Shown here in pieces: positions 25,886-39,739 of a stretch of DNA of 63,548 nt. The stretch spans positions 57,322,550 to 57,386,097 of the forward strand of contig NC_068983.1 of assembly GCF_001194135.2 (NCBI RefSeq), given 5' to 3'. A model generated the notes under the pieces. The model saw nothing but the letters and a program-made list of their open reading frames with translations. It made no database searches and was not told the origin of the DNA. Each line of letters starts with the position of its first letter. Within the stretch, counting starts at the first letter, position 1. The DNA comes from Octopus bimaculoides. Taxonomy: Eukaryota. Made by a program: the position numbers and the translations under genes.

Positions 25886-26075
25886 NTATGTATGTATGTG
25901 TTTGTGTTTGTCCCCCCAACATCGCTTGACAACCGATGCTGGTGTGTTTACGTCCCCGTAACTTAATGGTTCAGCAAAAAGAGACCGATAGCATAAGTCC
26001 TGGGGTCGATTTGCTCGACTAAAGGCGGTGCTCCAGCATGGCCACAATCAAATGACTGAAACAAATAAAAGAATA
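25886..26075 (+). mobile_element. Family A SINE, 3' half
   Basis: Near-identical to 2450-2650. Confidence 0.85.
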
Positions 26076-26414
26076 AAATAAACTTGGTCGTCTTATGTCA
26101 AGATTTTTGTTTTCTTTCACTAATATTTTTGAATGATAAACTGGAGTGTAAGTTCCAAACAGTTTTGTGAAGGCCTGGTATACGTAATTTAAATGTTTAT
26201 GCTTGACAAAGATTGAATTTGTGAAATAAACTTAACACCGGCGGGTTTATCTTGTGAAAATTTCTCAAATTATTACGTCATAATAGAAACAAATTATTCA
26301 TAAATTCTGTTTAAATGATATATTAGTAATGAAAGGAAAACAAACTGTGTTATGTAATTTGAAGAGATTCTAACGAAATCTTCCAATAATAGAAAACATT
26401 TTTGTATTCTTATA

Positions 26415-26650
26415 AAGATGCAAGGCTTTGTGGCTTGAATATTGCACTTACGATCTCTCGATCGTGGTTTCGATTCCAGGGCAGGGTGTTTTCCAGTTTA
26501 TTGTGCTGTAAATGTGTTCTAGCAATAGTTAAGAAGTTACCTCTGCAACGGACCAGCATCCCGTTCAGGCGGGAGTGTTGTTAATCCCTGTCACTTATAC
26601 GCCATGGAAAGCGCATTAATCTCCAGACTTATTAACCCTAGGATTTATGA
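26415..26650 (+). mobile_element. Old tRNA-derived SINE with a V/Meta-like central domain
   Basis: B box ggtttcgattcc followed by ctctgcaacggaccagcatcccgttcaggcgggagt; domain assignment is from memory. Confidence 0.5.
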
Positions 26651-27264
26651 CAAACCTAAGTCTGAGAGAAGTCTATAAGGAAAGCCTGAAATTTATAAGC
26701 TGGAGAAATGGGCTTGAGATGGTAATTGCAAAAGGGGGCCAAAACAGGAAAGCAAATCCATGCAAGGCTCGAATTTATGTGAGAGAAATACAATGGAAGG
26801 CAACAAGTATTTATATTATTGAGAACAACTTTATTTACATTAAAGGTTTGTTAGAGAGTACCTGGTTACGTGATGTGTTTAATTCACTGTCAGGTGGAAA
26901 TTTATGAAAATGATAGAGAAAGAGAATTGGCTATTTAAAGATCGTGGGGTGATGGCTGTCAAAGAAGTTTACTTGAGGTTCTGAAAATATAGAATACAAT
27001 ATTCTGTTGGATATCAACATCATCATCATCATTATCATCATCATAATTATCATCGTCGTCGTTTAACGTCCGTTTTCCATGCTAGCATGGGTTGGATGGT
27101 TTGACTGGGGTCTGGCAAGCCAGGAGGATGCACCAGGCTCCAGTCTGACCTGGCAACGTTTCTGCAGCAAGGTCCAAAATATTTTACAAAGTTCGTGAAA
27201 TGTTTGTAAAATTTTAAGCGTGCACTTGCACCCCACTGCACCCTGTTCCCAGGCCCTCGGTGAA

Positions 27265-27850
27265 GTTGTCTTATGACTCTTAAAAATCCAGCTTATGGTT
27301 TTCCTTTCTTTGGCAAAAATGTTTATGGAGATACTTTTTTCTAGAAGAGATCTGTTTCATTGACAGAAATAATCTGTTTATCTTCATAACCCTCTTCGAT
27401 TATTTTCAAAACATTGGGATATTTTTGCAGCACATCTTTGTCCGCAAGTGTTATACAGTCATTATGGATTCCTGTTAAAGTTTTTAATTCCTCGTTATCT
27501 GACAATAAAGATTTCTTCAGTTCCTGCTAGAATCTCATCTTCTTTTGTAATATTTTCTTTAATTGCAGCCAAGATATATAAAGCTTTCATTTTAATAGCC
27601 ATGGTACTTCAAGGAATTCGATTTTGTTGTTGTGATATTCCATTTAGAAAGACGCTATATAAATCATAATATTGCTTCCATTTCTTGTTGAAATGGATTT
27701 TCACCCTATTTACCTAGAGCTTTATCATTTCTCTAACACGAATCTATTTTCCTGATAATCACATCTTTATAACTTCCAATTTATTATTCACAGTTAACAT
27801 TTTCCTCTTCTTAACACCCACATTTTTCTTCTCATTCTCATATCATTGGA
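27265..27850 (-). pseudogene. pogo/Tigger (CENP-B-like) transposase relic
   Basis: KKRKMLTVNNKLEVIK...ADKDVLQKYPNVLKIIEEGYEDKQIISVNETDLF*KK...TFLPK, matching the Tigger QIFNxDETGLFWKK motif. Confidence 0.75.
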
Positions 27851-28184
27851 TTCAGAGAATAAATTGCATATTATTTTCATAGAGTGGAGTACACGATTAC
27901 TACACAAAGCAGAGGCCTTACAATTACATCACACTCGAGCAATATTGTCAAAGCCCAATTTGAGCGTTGGAAACAAGGTGATACCACGGACTTAAAAGGT
28001 TCATACACACAGTTAGTCATAGAATTAACTTGAGATAGATGTCGCTAGGACTGCAGTATTTATGCTGTAATCCACAAATATTTTCTTCTAATGCTATTAG
28101 CAAACAGCAGTCGTAGATGCAGACTACACTGTGCATGTTGATGGTTATGGTTACCACTAAGGGTTACTGAAGTCCATATTATAA

Positions 28185-28950
28185 TATTCTTTTTCTACTA
28201 TAGGCACAAGGCCTGCAATTCCTGGGGTGGGAGTAAGTCAATTACATTGACTCCAGTACTCAACTAGTACTAATTTTATCGACCCCAAGATAATGAAAGG
28301 CAGAGACGACCTTTGCAGAATTTGAACTCAGAATGTAAAGACCGAAGAAATACTGCTAAGCATTTCTCCCAGCATGCTAATGATTCTGCCAGCAGTTCAC
28401 ATTATAATATTAAAATGATAAAATAACTTTTCCTATAATGTTTTCCGTGGAGGCGCAATGGCCCAGTGATTAGGGCAGCAGACTCGCGGTCGGAGGATCA
28501 TGGTTTCGATTCCCAGACCGGGCGTGGATGTGTGTGTTTATTGAGTGAAAACACCCAAAGCTCCACGAGGCTCCGGGAGCGAGTCATGCAGCACTGGCAT
28601 CAACCACATTCAAATGGTACTTTTTACATGCCACCAGCACAGGAGCCAGTCAGGTGGCAGTAGCATTGACTACGCTCAAATGGTGTTTTTTATGTGTCAC
28701 ATGCAAAGGTGCCAGTCAGGCGGCACTGGCATCAAGCACGCTCAAATGTTACTTTTTACATGTCACAAGCACAGACCAGCATTTTGGGGAGAGGGTAAGT
28801 TGATTACATCGACCCAGTATGCAACTGGTACCTATTTTATCACCTCAAAAGAATGAAAGGTAAAGTCGGCCTCGATGGAATTTGAACTCAGAACGTAAAA
28901 AAGGGACAAAACGCCAATTGGCATTTTGCCTGACATGCAAACGGTTCTAC
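28185..28950. mobile_element. Nested cluster: B (28185-28395, -), E (28447-28575, +), C subrepeats (28578-28775, -), B (28780-28950, -)
   Basis: Each block matches other copies in the window. Confidence 0.75.
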
Positions 28951-29769
28951 CATCTCACCACCCTAACTATTAATTTAATATTGCAATCATATTTAGAAAC
29001 TATGAAATTTTCTTCATACTTAGCTTTATTAAGAGAACAGGAAGTAATCTTTATAATGCTGAAGAGGATGAAATGAATATCTGCTTATCAAATTGAAATC
29101 TATAATAAAACTAACATGTAATATGTGTTTTTAGAGAAATATATCATATTAACAAATCTGAAACTAATATCTATAAAATAACAAAATAAGACTGGAAAAT
29201 GTCAAAATGTCTCTGTCTTCCTTGGAATTGTCTCCTTTAAAGTTTTTGCTCAGATAATGTGGAACTAATTAGTGAAATACAGAACAAGAAAAGGTGCCAA
29301 ATGTCTGAAGATTGTAAGATTCATTTATTGGTATTTTTGTAATTTTTTGCTTTGTACTTTGTTTTTGATATTTTCTTTGTATTTAACTTGTATTTTTTTT
29401 TTCTTATAACAGATGACAAACCTATCACAAATATGCTGCTGATAAGAATCATCAACATTGTTTCATTTATATATTTATTTTTATAAGTATTTTTCCCTGT
29501 TATTGATGATAAAAATGAAGAAATTAATGTAACACTGAAAACAAAATTTACTTGGCATTGCTGCTGACAGGATATCTAACTGGTTAATTAGAATATTGTT
29601 GTTTTTCCAGAATTTATTCCCCATTAGGTAAACACAAGCATGTGATATAATATTTATAAAATGATATATATATATCAAATATGTTTTTGACAATAAGCAC
29701 AATATCAAATGTAACGCACAATATCAATTGTATCTTACAGTAAACCAAATGACATTCAGTATATTACTG

Positions 29770-30070
29770 CAGCGCTGGATTAACCATTGAGCAAAATAAG
29801 CACGTGTTTAGGGCACCAAGGGAAGTGAGGCACCACAGACATGGTAAATGGTTTACAGCACAAAAGAAATTACTTTAATCTTGCTATAATAATATTTGGG
29901 ATTAATTTTGAGGATCTGTTCAAAGACTTTGCAAAGAAGAAAAGAAGGAGAAAACTTTCCAAATATAAATAAAATGGAGGTATTCAAAAATAACCATCAT
30001 TTTTCCATCTTATTGTTAGTTTTGTTTCATTTTGAAAAATCCAAATATATTTTATTGTTTATCGTTTGAA
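29770..30070. mobile_element. Truncated copy of the hAT-like MITE
   Basis: cagcgctggattaacc...ggcaccacagacatggtaaatggtttacagcacaaaagaaat matches 13558-13680. Confidence 0.75.
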
Positions 30071-30319
30071 GAACATATAGCATTAATAGAAGTAATTATT
30101 GTGCTTTTCTATTCTAGGCACCGAAATTTTTAAGGAGGAGGCCAGTCAATTAGATCGACCCCAGTACACAACTAGTACTTAATTTATCGACCCCAAATGG
30201 AAAAATTGACCTTGGAGGAATTTGAACTCATAGAAGTAATTATTATTAAACAATTACCAAGTTCACTTAATATATTAATGACATGTTTCCCATGACTTCT
30301 GAAAAAGACTATTTCCTAC

Positions 30320-31245
30320 ACATGTTGGTACCATGAGAAAAGACCCATGCTGGCACCACATTAAAAGCATGCGAGCTGCTACCATGTAAAAAGCACCCAT
30401 GCTGGCCCCATCTATAAACAACCAGTATTGGTCCCACATACAAGGCACCCAGTACACTCTGTAAGGTGCTTGATATTACAAGGGACATCCAGCCATAGAA
30501 ACCATGCCAAAACAGACAATTGGAACCTGGTGCAGCCCTCCGACAGCAGCAAGGAAGACAGACATTAAATGATGATGATGATGATGATGAAAACCAATAT
30601 GACCATACTTCAAAACTGATTTCTTTCTTAAGCACATGCTTTATCACTGTCAGCAGCATGGTGTCTCAGCACAGATTCCATTTTTTATGCGACACAAGCA
30701 AGGGTGTGTTTTATGTGACACCAGTATGGGCATTATGCATGGGGAACCAGAACAAGTACCTTTTATATGGCACCAGCACCAGTGCTTTTTGCATGGCACT
30801 GGCACATAAACAGCATCATTCAATCATGAGCAATTCCGGTGCCACCTGACTGGCTCCCATGCTGGTGGCATGTAAAAACACCATTCGAGCTTGGTTGATG
30901 CCAGTGCTACCTGACTGTTTCCTGTGCTGGTAGCATGTAAAAGGCACCATACAAGCATGGTTGATGTCAGTGTTGCCTGACTGGTTCTGTTCTGGTGACA
31001 GGTAAAAAGCACCATTCAAGTTTGACTGATGCCAGTGCTGCCTGACTGGCGCCCTTTCCGATAGCATGTAAAAAGCACCCACTCTTGGAGTGGTTGGCAT
31101 TAGGAAGGGCATCCAGCTGTAGAAACCTTGCAAGATCAGATCAGAGCCAGGTGCAGCCTCCGGCTTGCCAGTCTTCAGTCAAACCATCCAACCCATGCCA
31201 GCAGGGAAAAGCAGACATTAAATGATGATGATGATGATGATGATG
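30320..31245 (+). mobile_element. Two family C RTE 3' ends (30320-30590 and 30640-31245)
   Basis: About 60-bp tgccagtgc...ctgactggc...gcatgtaaaaagcacc units followed by the tail and (GAT)n. Confidence 0.8.
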
Positions 31246-31907
31246 AAAACAAGATGAATATTCTAAAAATTCAGAACCAGGACATAAAACAAAGCAAATG
31301 AAATATTAAANNNNNNNNNNNNNNNNNNNNNNNNNNNNNNNNNNNNNNNNNNNNNNNNNNNNNNNNNNNNNNNNNNNNNNNNNNNNNNNNNNNNNNNNNN
31401 NNNNNNNNNNNNNNNNNNNNNNNNNNNNNNNNNNNNNNNNNNNNNNNNNNNNNNNNNNNNNNNNNNNNNNNNNNNNNNNNNNNNNNNNNNNNNNNNNNNN
31501 NNNNNNNNNNNNNNNNNNNNNNNNNNNNNNNNNNNNNNNNNNNNNNNNNNNNNNNNNNNNNNNNNNNNNNNNNNNNNNNNNNNNNNNNNNNNNNNNNNNN
31601 NNNNNNNNNNNNNNNNNNNNNNNNNNNNNNNNNNNNNNNNNNNNNNNNNNNNNNNNNNNNNNNNNNNNNNNNNNNNNNNNNNNNNNNNNNNNNNNNNNNN
31701 NNNNNNNNNNNNNNNNNNNNNNNNNNNNNNNNNNNNNNNNNNNNNNNNNNNNNNNNNNNNNNNNNNNNNNNNNNNNNNNNNNNNNNNNNNNNNNNNNNNN
31801 NNNNNNNNNNNNNNNNNNNNNNNNNNNNNNNNNNNNNNNNNNNNNNNNNNNNNNNNNNNNNNNNNNNNNNNNNNNNNNNNNNNNNNNNNNNNNNNNNNNN
31901 NNNNNNA

Positions 31908-31986
31908 TTACTATTATTATTATTATTTTGATTATCATTATTATTATTATTATGATTACTATTATCATTATTATTATTATTGTTGC

Positions 31987-32059
<73 letters not shown>

Positions 32060-32170
32060 TTTATTTTGATTCTTATTATTATTATGATTATTATTATTAT
32101 TATTGTTATTATTATTATTATTATTATTCTTATTATTATTATTATTATCATTATTATTATCGTCATCATC
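31908..32170. repeat. (ATT)n microsatellite
   Basis: Direct reading. Confidence 0.95.
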
Positions 32171-32604
32171 ACTTAGCATGCTAGGCCTGATATTCACGCT
32201 GCACATAATTAAGAGAAGTAAATGTAAAATCTCCTCGTGATAAGAAGCAGCCTCTATTTATAATTAGGATATGATGGTCATATCAATATCTAAGTGGTAC
32301 ACAACAGAAGATGGCCATTGATTTTTATACAAAACATCATCATAAATGTCCCTCGGTCTTTTGTAGTTTTACGTCAATGTTTCTTCGTGGTATTACTCAT
32401 TAAACAATGTACCAATGGGAAATGAACAGCTGCTTTAGATGTTGTTAATTGTTCTTACTGGATAGCTGAGTTAATTGCATGATGGACACGTGTACGCATA
32501 TGCATGTATAGATAGACAGACAGACAAACACACATACACACAAATATGACAAATATGTATATGTATGTGTGTATGTATGTTCATGTGTGTATGTGTACAT
32601 ATAT

Positions 32605-32669
<65 letters not shown>

Positions 32670-33305
32670 CATATGTATGGATGGATGGATGGATGTCTAT
32701 ATATGTATATATGTTGTTCTTGATACCCTGTATATATTTGTGTTCGAAGCATGTAGAGATTATTGCAGGTGTGTCAAATATAATGCAATCCTGTCACACT
32801 ATACCTGATACATATATATAGAAAACCCTTTTTTTTTTCTGTCAAGGGCTTAAATGCCCCATTATTAAACTATTTTCCTTAGTCATTGCATGGTGATCGC
32901 CATAAGCTTTAAACTTATATAAAAATACCATTATTATTATTTACAGAATTGTAAAATCGGTGCCCTATAAAAACCATTTTCTCCGAAAGCATATAGAAAG
33001 TTTGTTTACATATAAAATAAAACAAACACGAACTATTATAGTTCTTATATTTGACAGAAACAAGAAGGCTGATTCACTGGTGTAAATGTAACACACTTGG
33101 TCACGATAACAAAGAGATGTGGTTCGCCTCCCATGCGGATAGGAAAGCTTTTTATCTGTTGAAGGCTTATATGCCCCTTTATTAGAATATTTTTCTTAGT
33201 CATTGCATGGTGGTCGCCATAAGTTTTAAGTTTATATAAAAATACTATTATTATTATTTACAGGATTGTAAACTCGGTGCCATATAAAAAAAACCATTCG
33301 CACCG

Positions 33306-33345
<40 letters not shown>

Positions 33346-33519
33346 ATGTATATATACATGTATGTATATCCATATCTATTTATCTGAATCGATACACACA
33401 TACACACATGCACACACATCCCTACATATTCACACACACACACACATATATGAAGAGTGTTGTAGTTTGCTTGAAGCATTGTAGCACAGAAGTAGAATAA
33501 TAAAGGAAAAGACAAGTAT

Positions 33520-33788
33520 GGAAAGCTTCTCACAATGCAGAAAATTTTTTAAAAACCCTTTATATTTCGAGTGCAAAGGCCAATCTTCAGAAGAATATAG
33601 TCAAAGCAATATCTGTTTACATAAATCCTGCAATTTTGGATAGCCAGATGGACAGTGAACCTGGCTATTCAAAATGGCAGGATCTATATAAACAGATATT
33701 TCTTTGACTATAATCTTCTGAAGATTGGCCTTTGCACTCGAAATATAAAGGTTTTTTTTTAACTTTTAAGCCATGTGAGAAGCTTTCC
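33520..33788. repeat. Long palindrome (arms ~33520-33647 and 33661-33788); each arm has a minimal type I hammerhead-like motif
   Basis: Arms pair at high identity around a 13-nt loop; plus arm reads aatctt CTGAAGA ttggcctttgcactc GAA AT AT A aaggtt. Confidence 0.9.
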
Positions 33789-34319
33789 TTGCTTCTCATT
33801 TCATTTATTATNNNNNNNNNNNNNNNNNNNNNNNNNNNNNNNNNNNNNNNNNNNNNNNNNNNNNNNNNNNNNNNNNNNNNNNNNNNNNNNNNNNNNNNNN
33901 NNNNNNNNNNNNNNNNNNNNNNNNNNNNNNNNNNNNNNNNNTATATATATATATATATAAATTATATGTTTTTATGTATGTATATACATATATGTATATA
34001 TATGTGTGAATGTGTATATATATCTATATATACATATCGTTGCTATTATGTTAAACTGTTTTATGTGCAAATTTGGCCAAATGCCTGTTTTCCAATATTT
34101 AATTTTGCTTGCAAAGACCGGTTCTTTAGGTCAAACTATCGTATCTCCATCTGCTTCAGATGACAAGATATCAAAAATTGTCAGAGTGTAGTACAACAGT
34201 TTTGCTATGGAATGGTGAAACTATTTTTCCATTTTCTGAAAAAGCAATGTTTTGGACTTACAACACTTTTACATAATAGAAACGATATAAACACACGCAC
34301 ACACATACATACACACGCA

Positions 34320-34351
<32 letters not shown>

Positions 34352-34439
34352 TGACAGAAGTAAATAGACACACATAAAACATTGTTTTATGCTTATTTTA
34401 ATTTCAAATTGTTTACATTTTTTTATTAATGGACTTTTT

Positions 34440-35262
34440 TGTTTAATCATGCCATGTACAAAAGAAGCCTTGGAACTGTCCAAATTTCAAAGAGACTGGG
34501 TCAATCTGAAAGTGGACCTAGTCAGTGTAAAATTGCAGAAAATCTTCAGCTCCCATTTTCTATAGTTAATAGGGTGATTGTGCAATTCACCAGAGACCGG
34601 AAGAAGTCCACATCACCTTGCCCAGGTTGACCAGGGCCCTCTGACAGGAACCTTTGCTTTGTTAAGAGAAGTGTGGAGGATAATCCTCATTGCAAGGCTT
34701 CTGACATAGCAGAACAAGTTGATGTCAGTCCCAGAGCAGCTGTCAGGTAACTCCACAAACTCGGCTTCCATTGCAGAGCAGCAAAAAGGAAGCCACTTCT
34801 TCGACCAGTCAACATCGAGCAAAGAAAAGATCCGGCCAGTGAGATGGTGTAGAGGCCGCTAGCATTTTAGGACACTATCATATTTTCTGATGAGTCCAGA
34901 TTTGTTGTATTTTCTGACAGTGGTCAAGTGTGGGTCTGGAGACTGTGATCAAGAATTTGACATGAAAAGATTGCCGCTAACAATGAAACAAGACAACTAT
35001 TCTGTGATGGTCTGGGGGGCAATTTGGAGCAATGCTCAATCAGGAGTGTAAGGGAATCATAAACTTAGATAAATATGTGTCCATATTGCAGAAAGGACTT
35101 CTTCCAATCTTTTCCAGTAGTGAAATGATTAAAGATGACTCTTTATTTATGGAAGATGGGGCTCCTTCTCACACGGCTACAATGACCCAAAATTTGTTGG
35201 ATGAGAATGACATAAAAAAAACTTCCATGACCAAGCCAGTCACCAGATATGAACTCTATTGT
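34440..35262 (+). mobile_element. Tc1-like (DD34E-type) transposase pseudogene, 3' end truncated by a family C insertion
   Basis: IIFSDESRF...VWVWR...SVMVWGAIW...KYVSILQKGLLP...LFMEDGAPSHTA...PSQSPDMNS. Confidence 0.88.
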
Positions 35263-35560
35263 TAGGAAGGCATCCTGCCATAAAAATGCTGCCGAAACAG
35301 ATATAGAAGTTTGGTGTAGGCTCCTGCCTGGCCAGCCCCTGTCAAACTGTCCAACCCATGCCAGCATGGAAGGCAGGCATTAAATGATGATGATGTAACA
35401 TGGACTTCTTTCAGTTTCTGTCTCCCAAATCCACTCACAAGGCTTTGCTCAGCACGAGGTTAAAGCAGAAAGACACTTGCCCAAGGTGCCATGCAGTGGA
35501 ACTGATCTGGGAACCATGAGGTTGGAAAGCAAGCTTCTTACCACAGAGCTATGCCTTTTT
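35260..35560. mobile_element. Family C tail (+, 35260-35395) and family A head (-, 35400-35560)
   Basis: Match to other copies in the window. Confidence 0.75.
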
Positions 35561-36519
35561 ACAATATCTTTATTTTTCAAAAACCGAACCAAGCTAATAA
35601 ATGACAAAAACAACATTAAAAAACACAGAAATAGCAATGTATGTGACAAGCAAGAACTTACCATGAAAAATACTATTATTATATTTGTTCGAACAGTTGG
35701 AACTTTCCAGCATTACATTTAAATTATTTTCAAAATGTATTAATTCTTTCCTGATCTTCAGAATGCCAGTTGGTTGGCTGGTTAATCAGTTGGCCAACCA
35801 ATTCAAAGCCTATAATATTTTAATCATGAATTATAGACTTTGAATTTTAATATCAATGGACTAGCATCTTTAGAATAATTTCCTTAATATAACATCGTAG
35901 ATATTTGCAATATATATCTTATTACCATAAGAAATAGACTACAAAGACTTGAAACCAATCAGATTGTTCTCATTAACCACAAATAAATCCATTCCATTTT
36001 GTAATATATTCATGTGAATATAGAACCCTGGTTAGCACTGCGAGAGCTCTGGGTTTAACACACTTCTATGTTAAAGTCTTATCTCATTAATAAATATCAC
36101 AGTATCGAATAAGATTTTCTGAAATAGCCATCAACCATTTCGATAACAGAGTACAATTAATGTTAAGCCAGAATTTGAGTTGATATAATCCTTTACGAAG
36201 AGCAGGAACCCAGAAAGGGCCAGGTCATATATTTTCAGCTTGATATATGAAAAAGTTCAAAAGTTGCCTTGCTTAATAAATGCAATATGTTATATATTTG
36301 TGGTATTACAAGATAACATTGGAGAATAATAAATGATGGTTTGTTTGTGTTACGAGATGCTGTGCTGTAGGAAGAAGACAAAATGAAATATTTTACAATC
36401 AAGGACAATGGATGTGAATATGTTGTGTGTTTAACCTCATGTGGAAAGAGAGGAATGGCTAGAAAGGAAGAGATGTTTAGGAACACTGAAAAAAAAAGAA
36501 AATATGGATGGAAGACATA

Positions 36520-36960
36520 CATCATCATCATCATTTCTCTCACCATCACTGTTGTCATGATCGACATCACCAACACCATCATCACCATCACCATCACCAT
36601 GCTATCATCATCATCACCATCCTTATCACCATCACTATCATCACCACCACCACCACCACCGCCACCACCATGATCATTTTCATCATCATCTCTATCTGCA
36701 CCACCATCATCATCATCATCATCACCAACACTATTGTCGTCATCATCATCTCTCCCACCATCACCGTTGTCATGATCACCATCACCAACACCATCATCAC
36801 CATCGCATCATCATCATCATCACCATCACCATCATCATTATCACCATCACCACCACCACCACCACGATCATCTTCATCATCTCCATCTGTACCACCACCA
36901 GCATCATCATCATCGTCATCACCATCACCACCACCACCACCATGATCATCTTCATCATCA
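36520..36960. repeat. Compound (CAT/CAC)n low-complexity repeat
   Basis: Direct reading. Confidence 0.9.
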
Positions 36961-36969
36961 TAAACACCC

Positions 36970-37000
36970 CAATATCAATTGTCAAGCGATGATGGGGCAA

Positions 37001-37064
<64 letters not shown>

Positions 37065-37460
37065 CAATGGGCTTCTTTCAGTTTCTTAATTCCTTATTGC
37101 CCACAAGGGGCTAAATATAGAGGAGACAAAAAAGGACAGACAAAGGGGTTAAGTCGATTACATTGACGCCAGCGCATAACTGGTACTTAATTTATCGACC
37201 TCGAAAGGATGAAAGGCAAAGTCGACCTTGGCAGAATTTGAACTCAGAACGTAATGGTAGACGAAATACCGCTAAGAATTTTGCTCGGCGTGCTAACGTT
37301 TCTGCCAGCTCGCCGCCTTTCAGTTTCTGTCAACCGAATCCACTCAGAACGCTTTGGTCGGCCCGAGGCTATAGTAGAAGACTCTTGCCCAAAGTGCCAC
37401 ACAGTGGGACTGAACCCGTAACCATGTGGTTGGTAAGCAAGCTACTTACCACACAGCCGC
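36970..37460 (-). mobile_element. Family A SINE interrupted by a family B SINE with the L1/Tx1-like tail (37087-37317)
   Basis: 11-bp TSD tttcagtttct at 37076-37086 and 37318-37328. Confidence 0.88.
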
Positions 37461-37549
37461 TCCTAGTGGCATATATCTGGTTTTGAAAGGAAGTTCTTCA
37501 ATACAAGGGTGATACTTGACCACAACTTAGACGCCTACTTTGGAAAAGG

Positions 37550-38000
37550 TTACCAGATGTCACAAATACTGGTTTCAAATTCTGGCACCAGGCCAGCAAT
37601 TTCAGGAAAGGGACTAAGCCGGTTGCATCAGCCACAGTGCTCAACCCCTCTTTTTTCTATTGACCCCAAAAGGAATTTGAACTTTGGTGGAATTTGAACT
37701 TTGGTGGAATTTGAACTCTAAATGCAAAGATGGGCAACCTTCCACTAAGCATTTTGCCAAGGCACGCTTAAGGTTCTTTCAACTTGCTACATTTTAGTTT
37801 CCAGTTTTGGCACAAGGCCGGCAGTTTGTGGAGAGGGGACATTTCAGTTCTACCAATCCTGGTGTCTGGCTGGTACTTATTTCATCAACCCCAAAAGCAT
37901 GAAAAGCAAAGTTGACTTTGACAGAATTTGAACTCAGAACATCAAGATGGACAAAATACCGCAAAGCATTTTGGTTTGTGTGCTAACAGTTCTGCCTTAG
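37550..38000 (-). mobile_element. Two degraded family B SINEs
   Basis: ggaatttgaact...gcatttt motifs; local 15-bp duplication ttggtggaatttgaact. Confidence 0.75.
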
Positions 38001-38782
38001 ATGTTCCATGTATTGAGATTTCACAAACATTGATTAAGTTTATAAAATTCATCAACATTTAGAAGCCCGAAGGCAAACAGTAATATTTTAATAATTACAG
38101 TTATTAACTAGCTCTTACGTATCAATGCCAGATTTCAAATTTTGAAATAATCTTTAAAAATAATTTCATTTATGCAGAAAATGCTTTCTTTTTCTCATTT
38201 TCACTTATAGTTTTTTTAATCTACAACTGATTTATTTTTAACTTTTTAACTTTTAATTTCAATTTTATTTCATGTCTTTTGTATTTATAAATTTATTTCA
38301 AATAATTTTGGTAGAGATGTTTTTTAATAATGTTCTGTTATTTTGCTTTTTACATTTGTTAAATTCAATATATTTTATTCTTTTGATAGAGAAAAACCTG
38401 TCTTGGAACAAACTGAAAGACATCCATTAGACCTCGCTCTGATTGCAGAAGATTAAGGGTTAAGATACAAATGCAAATAGTTAAACAAGGATAACATTTA
38501 TACTTCTGATACTGACAATCCATAAATGCTATTAAAATGTCAACTAGATTATAGAAAAATCTGCAATTTGAAGATTTGAAGAAAAAGATCTTTGAAACAA
38601 GGTATTATATTACAAATTTCTTAATTTATATTTTATTTTATTTTAATTAATATTATTAATATTATCATTATTAATCTTCTTCTTCTTCTTCTTCTTCTTC
38701 TTCTTCTTCTTCTTCTTCTTCTTCTTCTTCTTCTTCTTCTTCTTCTTCTTCTTCTTCTTNNNNNNNNNNTCTTCTTCTTCTT

Positions 38783-38849
<67 letters not shown>

Positions 38850-38851
<2 letters not shown>

Positions 38852-39075
38852 AGGTGGTGAGCTGACAGTATCGTTAGCTTGCTGGGCAAAATGCTTAGTG
38901 GCATTTTTATGCATTAATACATTCTGAGTTCAAATTCCGTCAAGGTCGACTTTGCCGTTCATCCTCTTGGGGTCCATAATATAAGTACCAGTTGAATATT
39001 GGGGTCGATGTAATCAACTTACCCCCACCCCACCAAAATTTCAGGCCTTGTGCCTTTAGTAGAAACAATTATTAT
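38850..39075 (+). mobile_element. Family B SINE following (TTC)n/(TTA)n
   Basis: Full head, central domain and tail. Confidence 0.85.
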
Positions 39076-39739
39076 GATTACCTTTGCCTTACTGAAGGCA
39101 GAGGTATTGTTTTCAGTTGTGTTCATCATAAGCATCCTCCCCTTCCTCCTCATACTTATCAATCATCATCATAATCCCACTCCACCTCCTCCTCCTCATC
39201 ACCCTCCTCCTCCTACTCCTGATCATCATCACCACCCTTCTCCATCTTCCTCCTCCTCCTCCTCATCATCATCATCATCAACACCCTCCTCCATCCTCCT
39301 CCTTATCATCATCATCATTATCTTCATTAGATAATGCCTCTCCCTCCATGCTTGCATGGTTCAGACAGAGTCTGTTGAGGCAGATTTCATTCTGTGGCTG
39401 GATGCCCTTCTTGTCACCAACCCTCACCTGCTCCCAAGCAAGATACTATTTCCCCAAGGCCAGACATGTTCTTCACAGAAGATTGGAAACCAAGGACATC
39501 ACTTTCATGATGGTGATGCTCACATACAACCATCACATGATGGTCAAGACAAGGGCACACACATACACACAAACACACAACCACACACACACATACACAC
39601 ACAAATACACACACATAAACACACATACACACATAAACACACACACACACATACGCACAACCACACATACATGCATAGTGTTGAAGGATTCCTCCAAGAA
39701 TTGTTATCCTTCTGATGTCCTCCTACTCTTCCTCTTAGA

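Noticed and set aside
30820-31080. Regularly spaced ~60-bp repeats resembling a CRISPR array (also at 42620-42880 and 47230-47515)
   Set aside because: Whole units are repeated with no unique spacers, there are no cas genes, the context is eukaryotic, and the units belong to an RTE 3' UTR.
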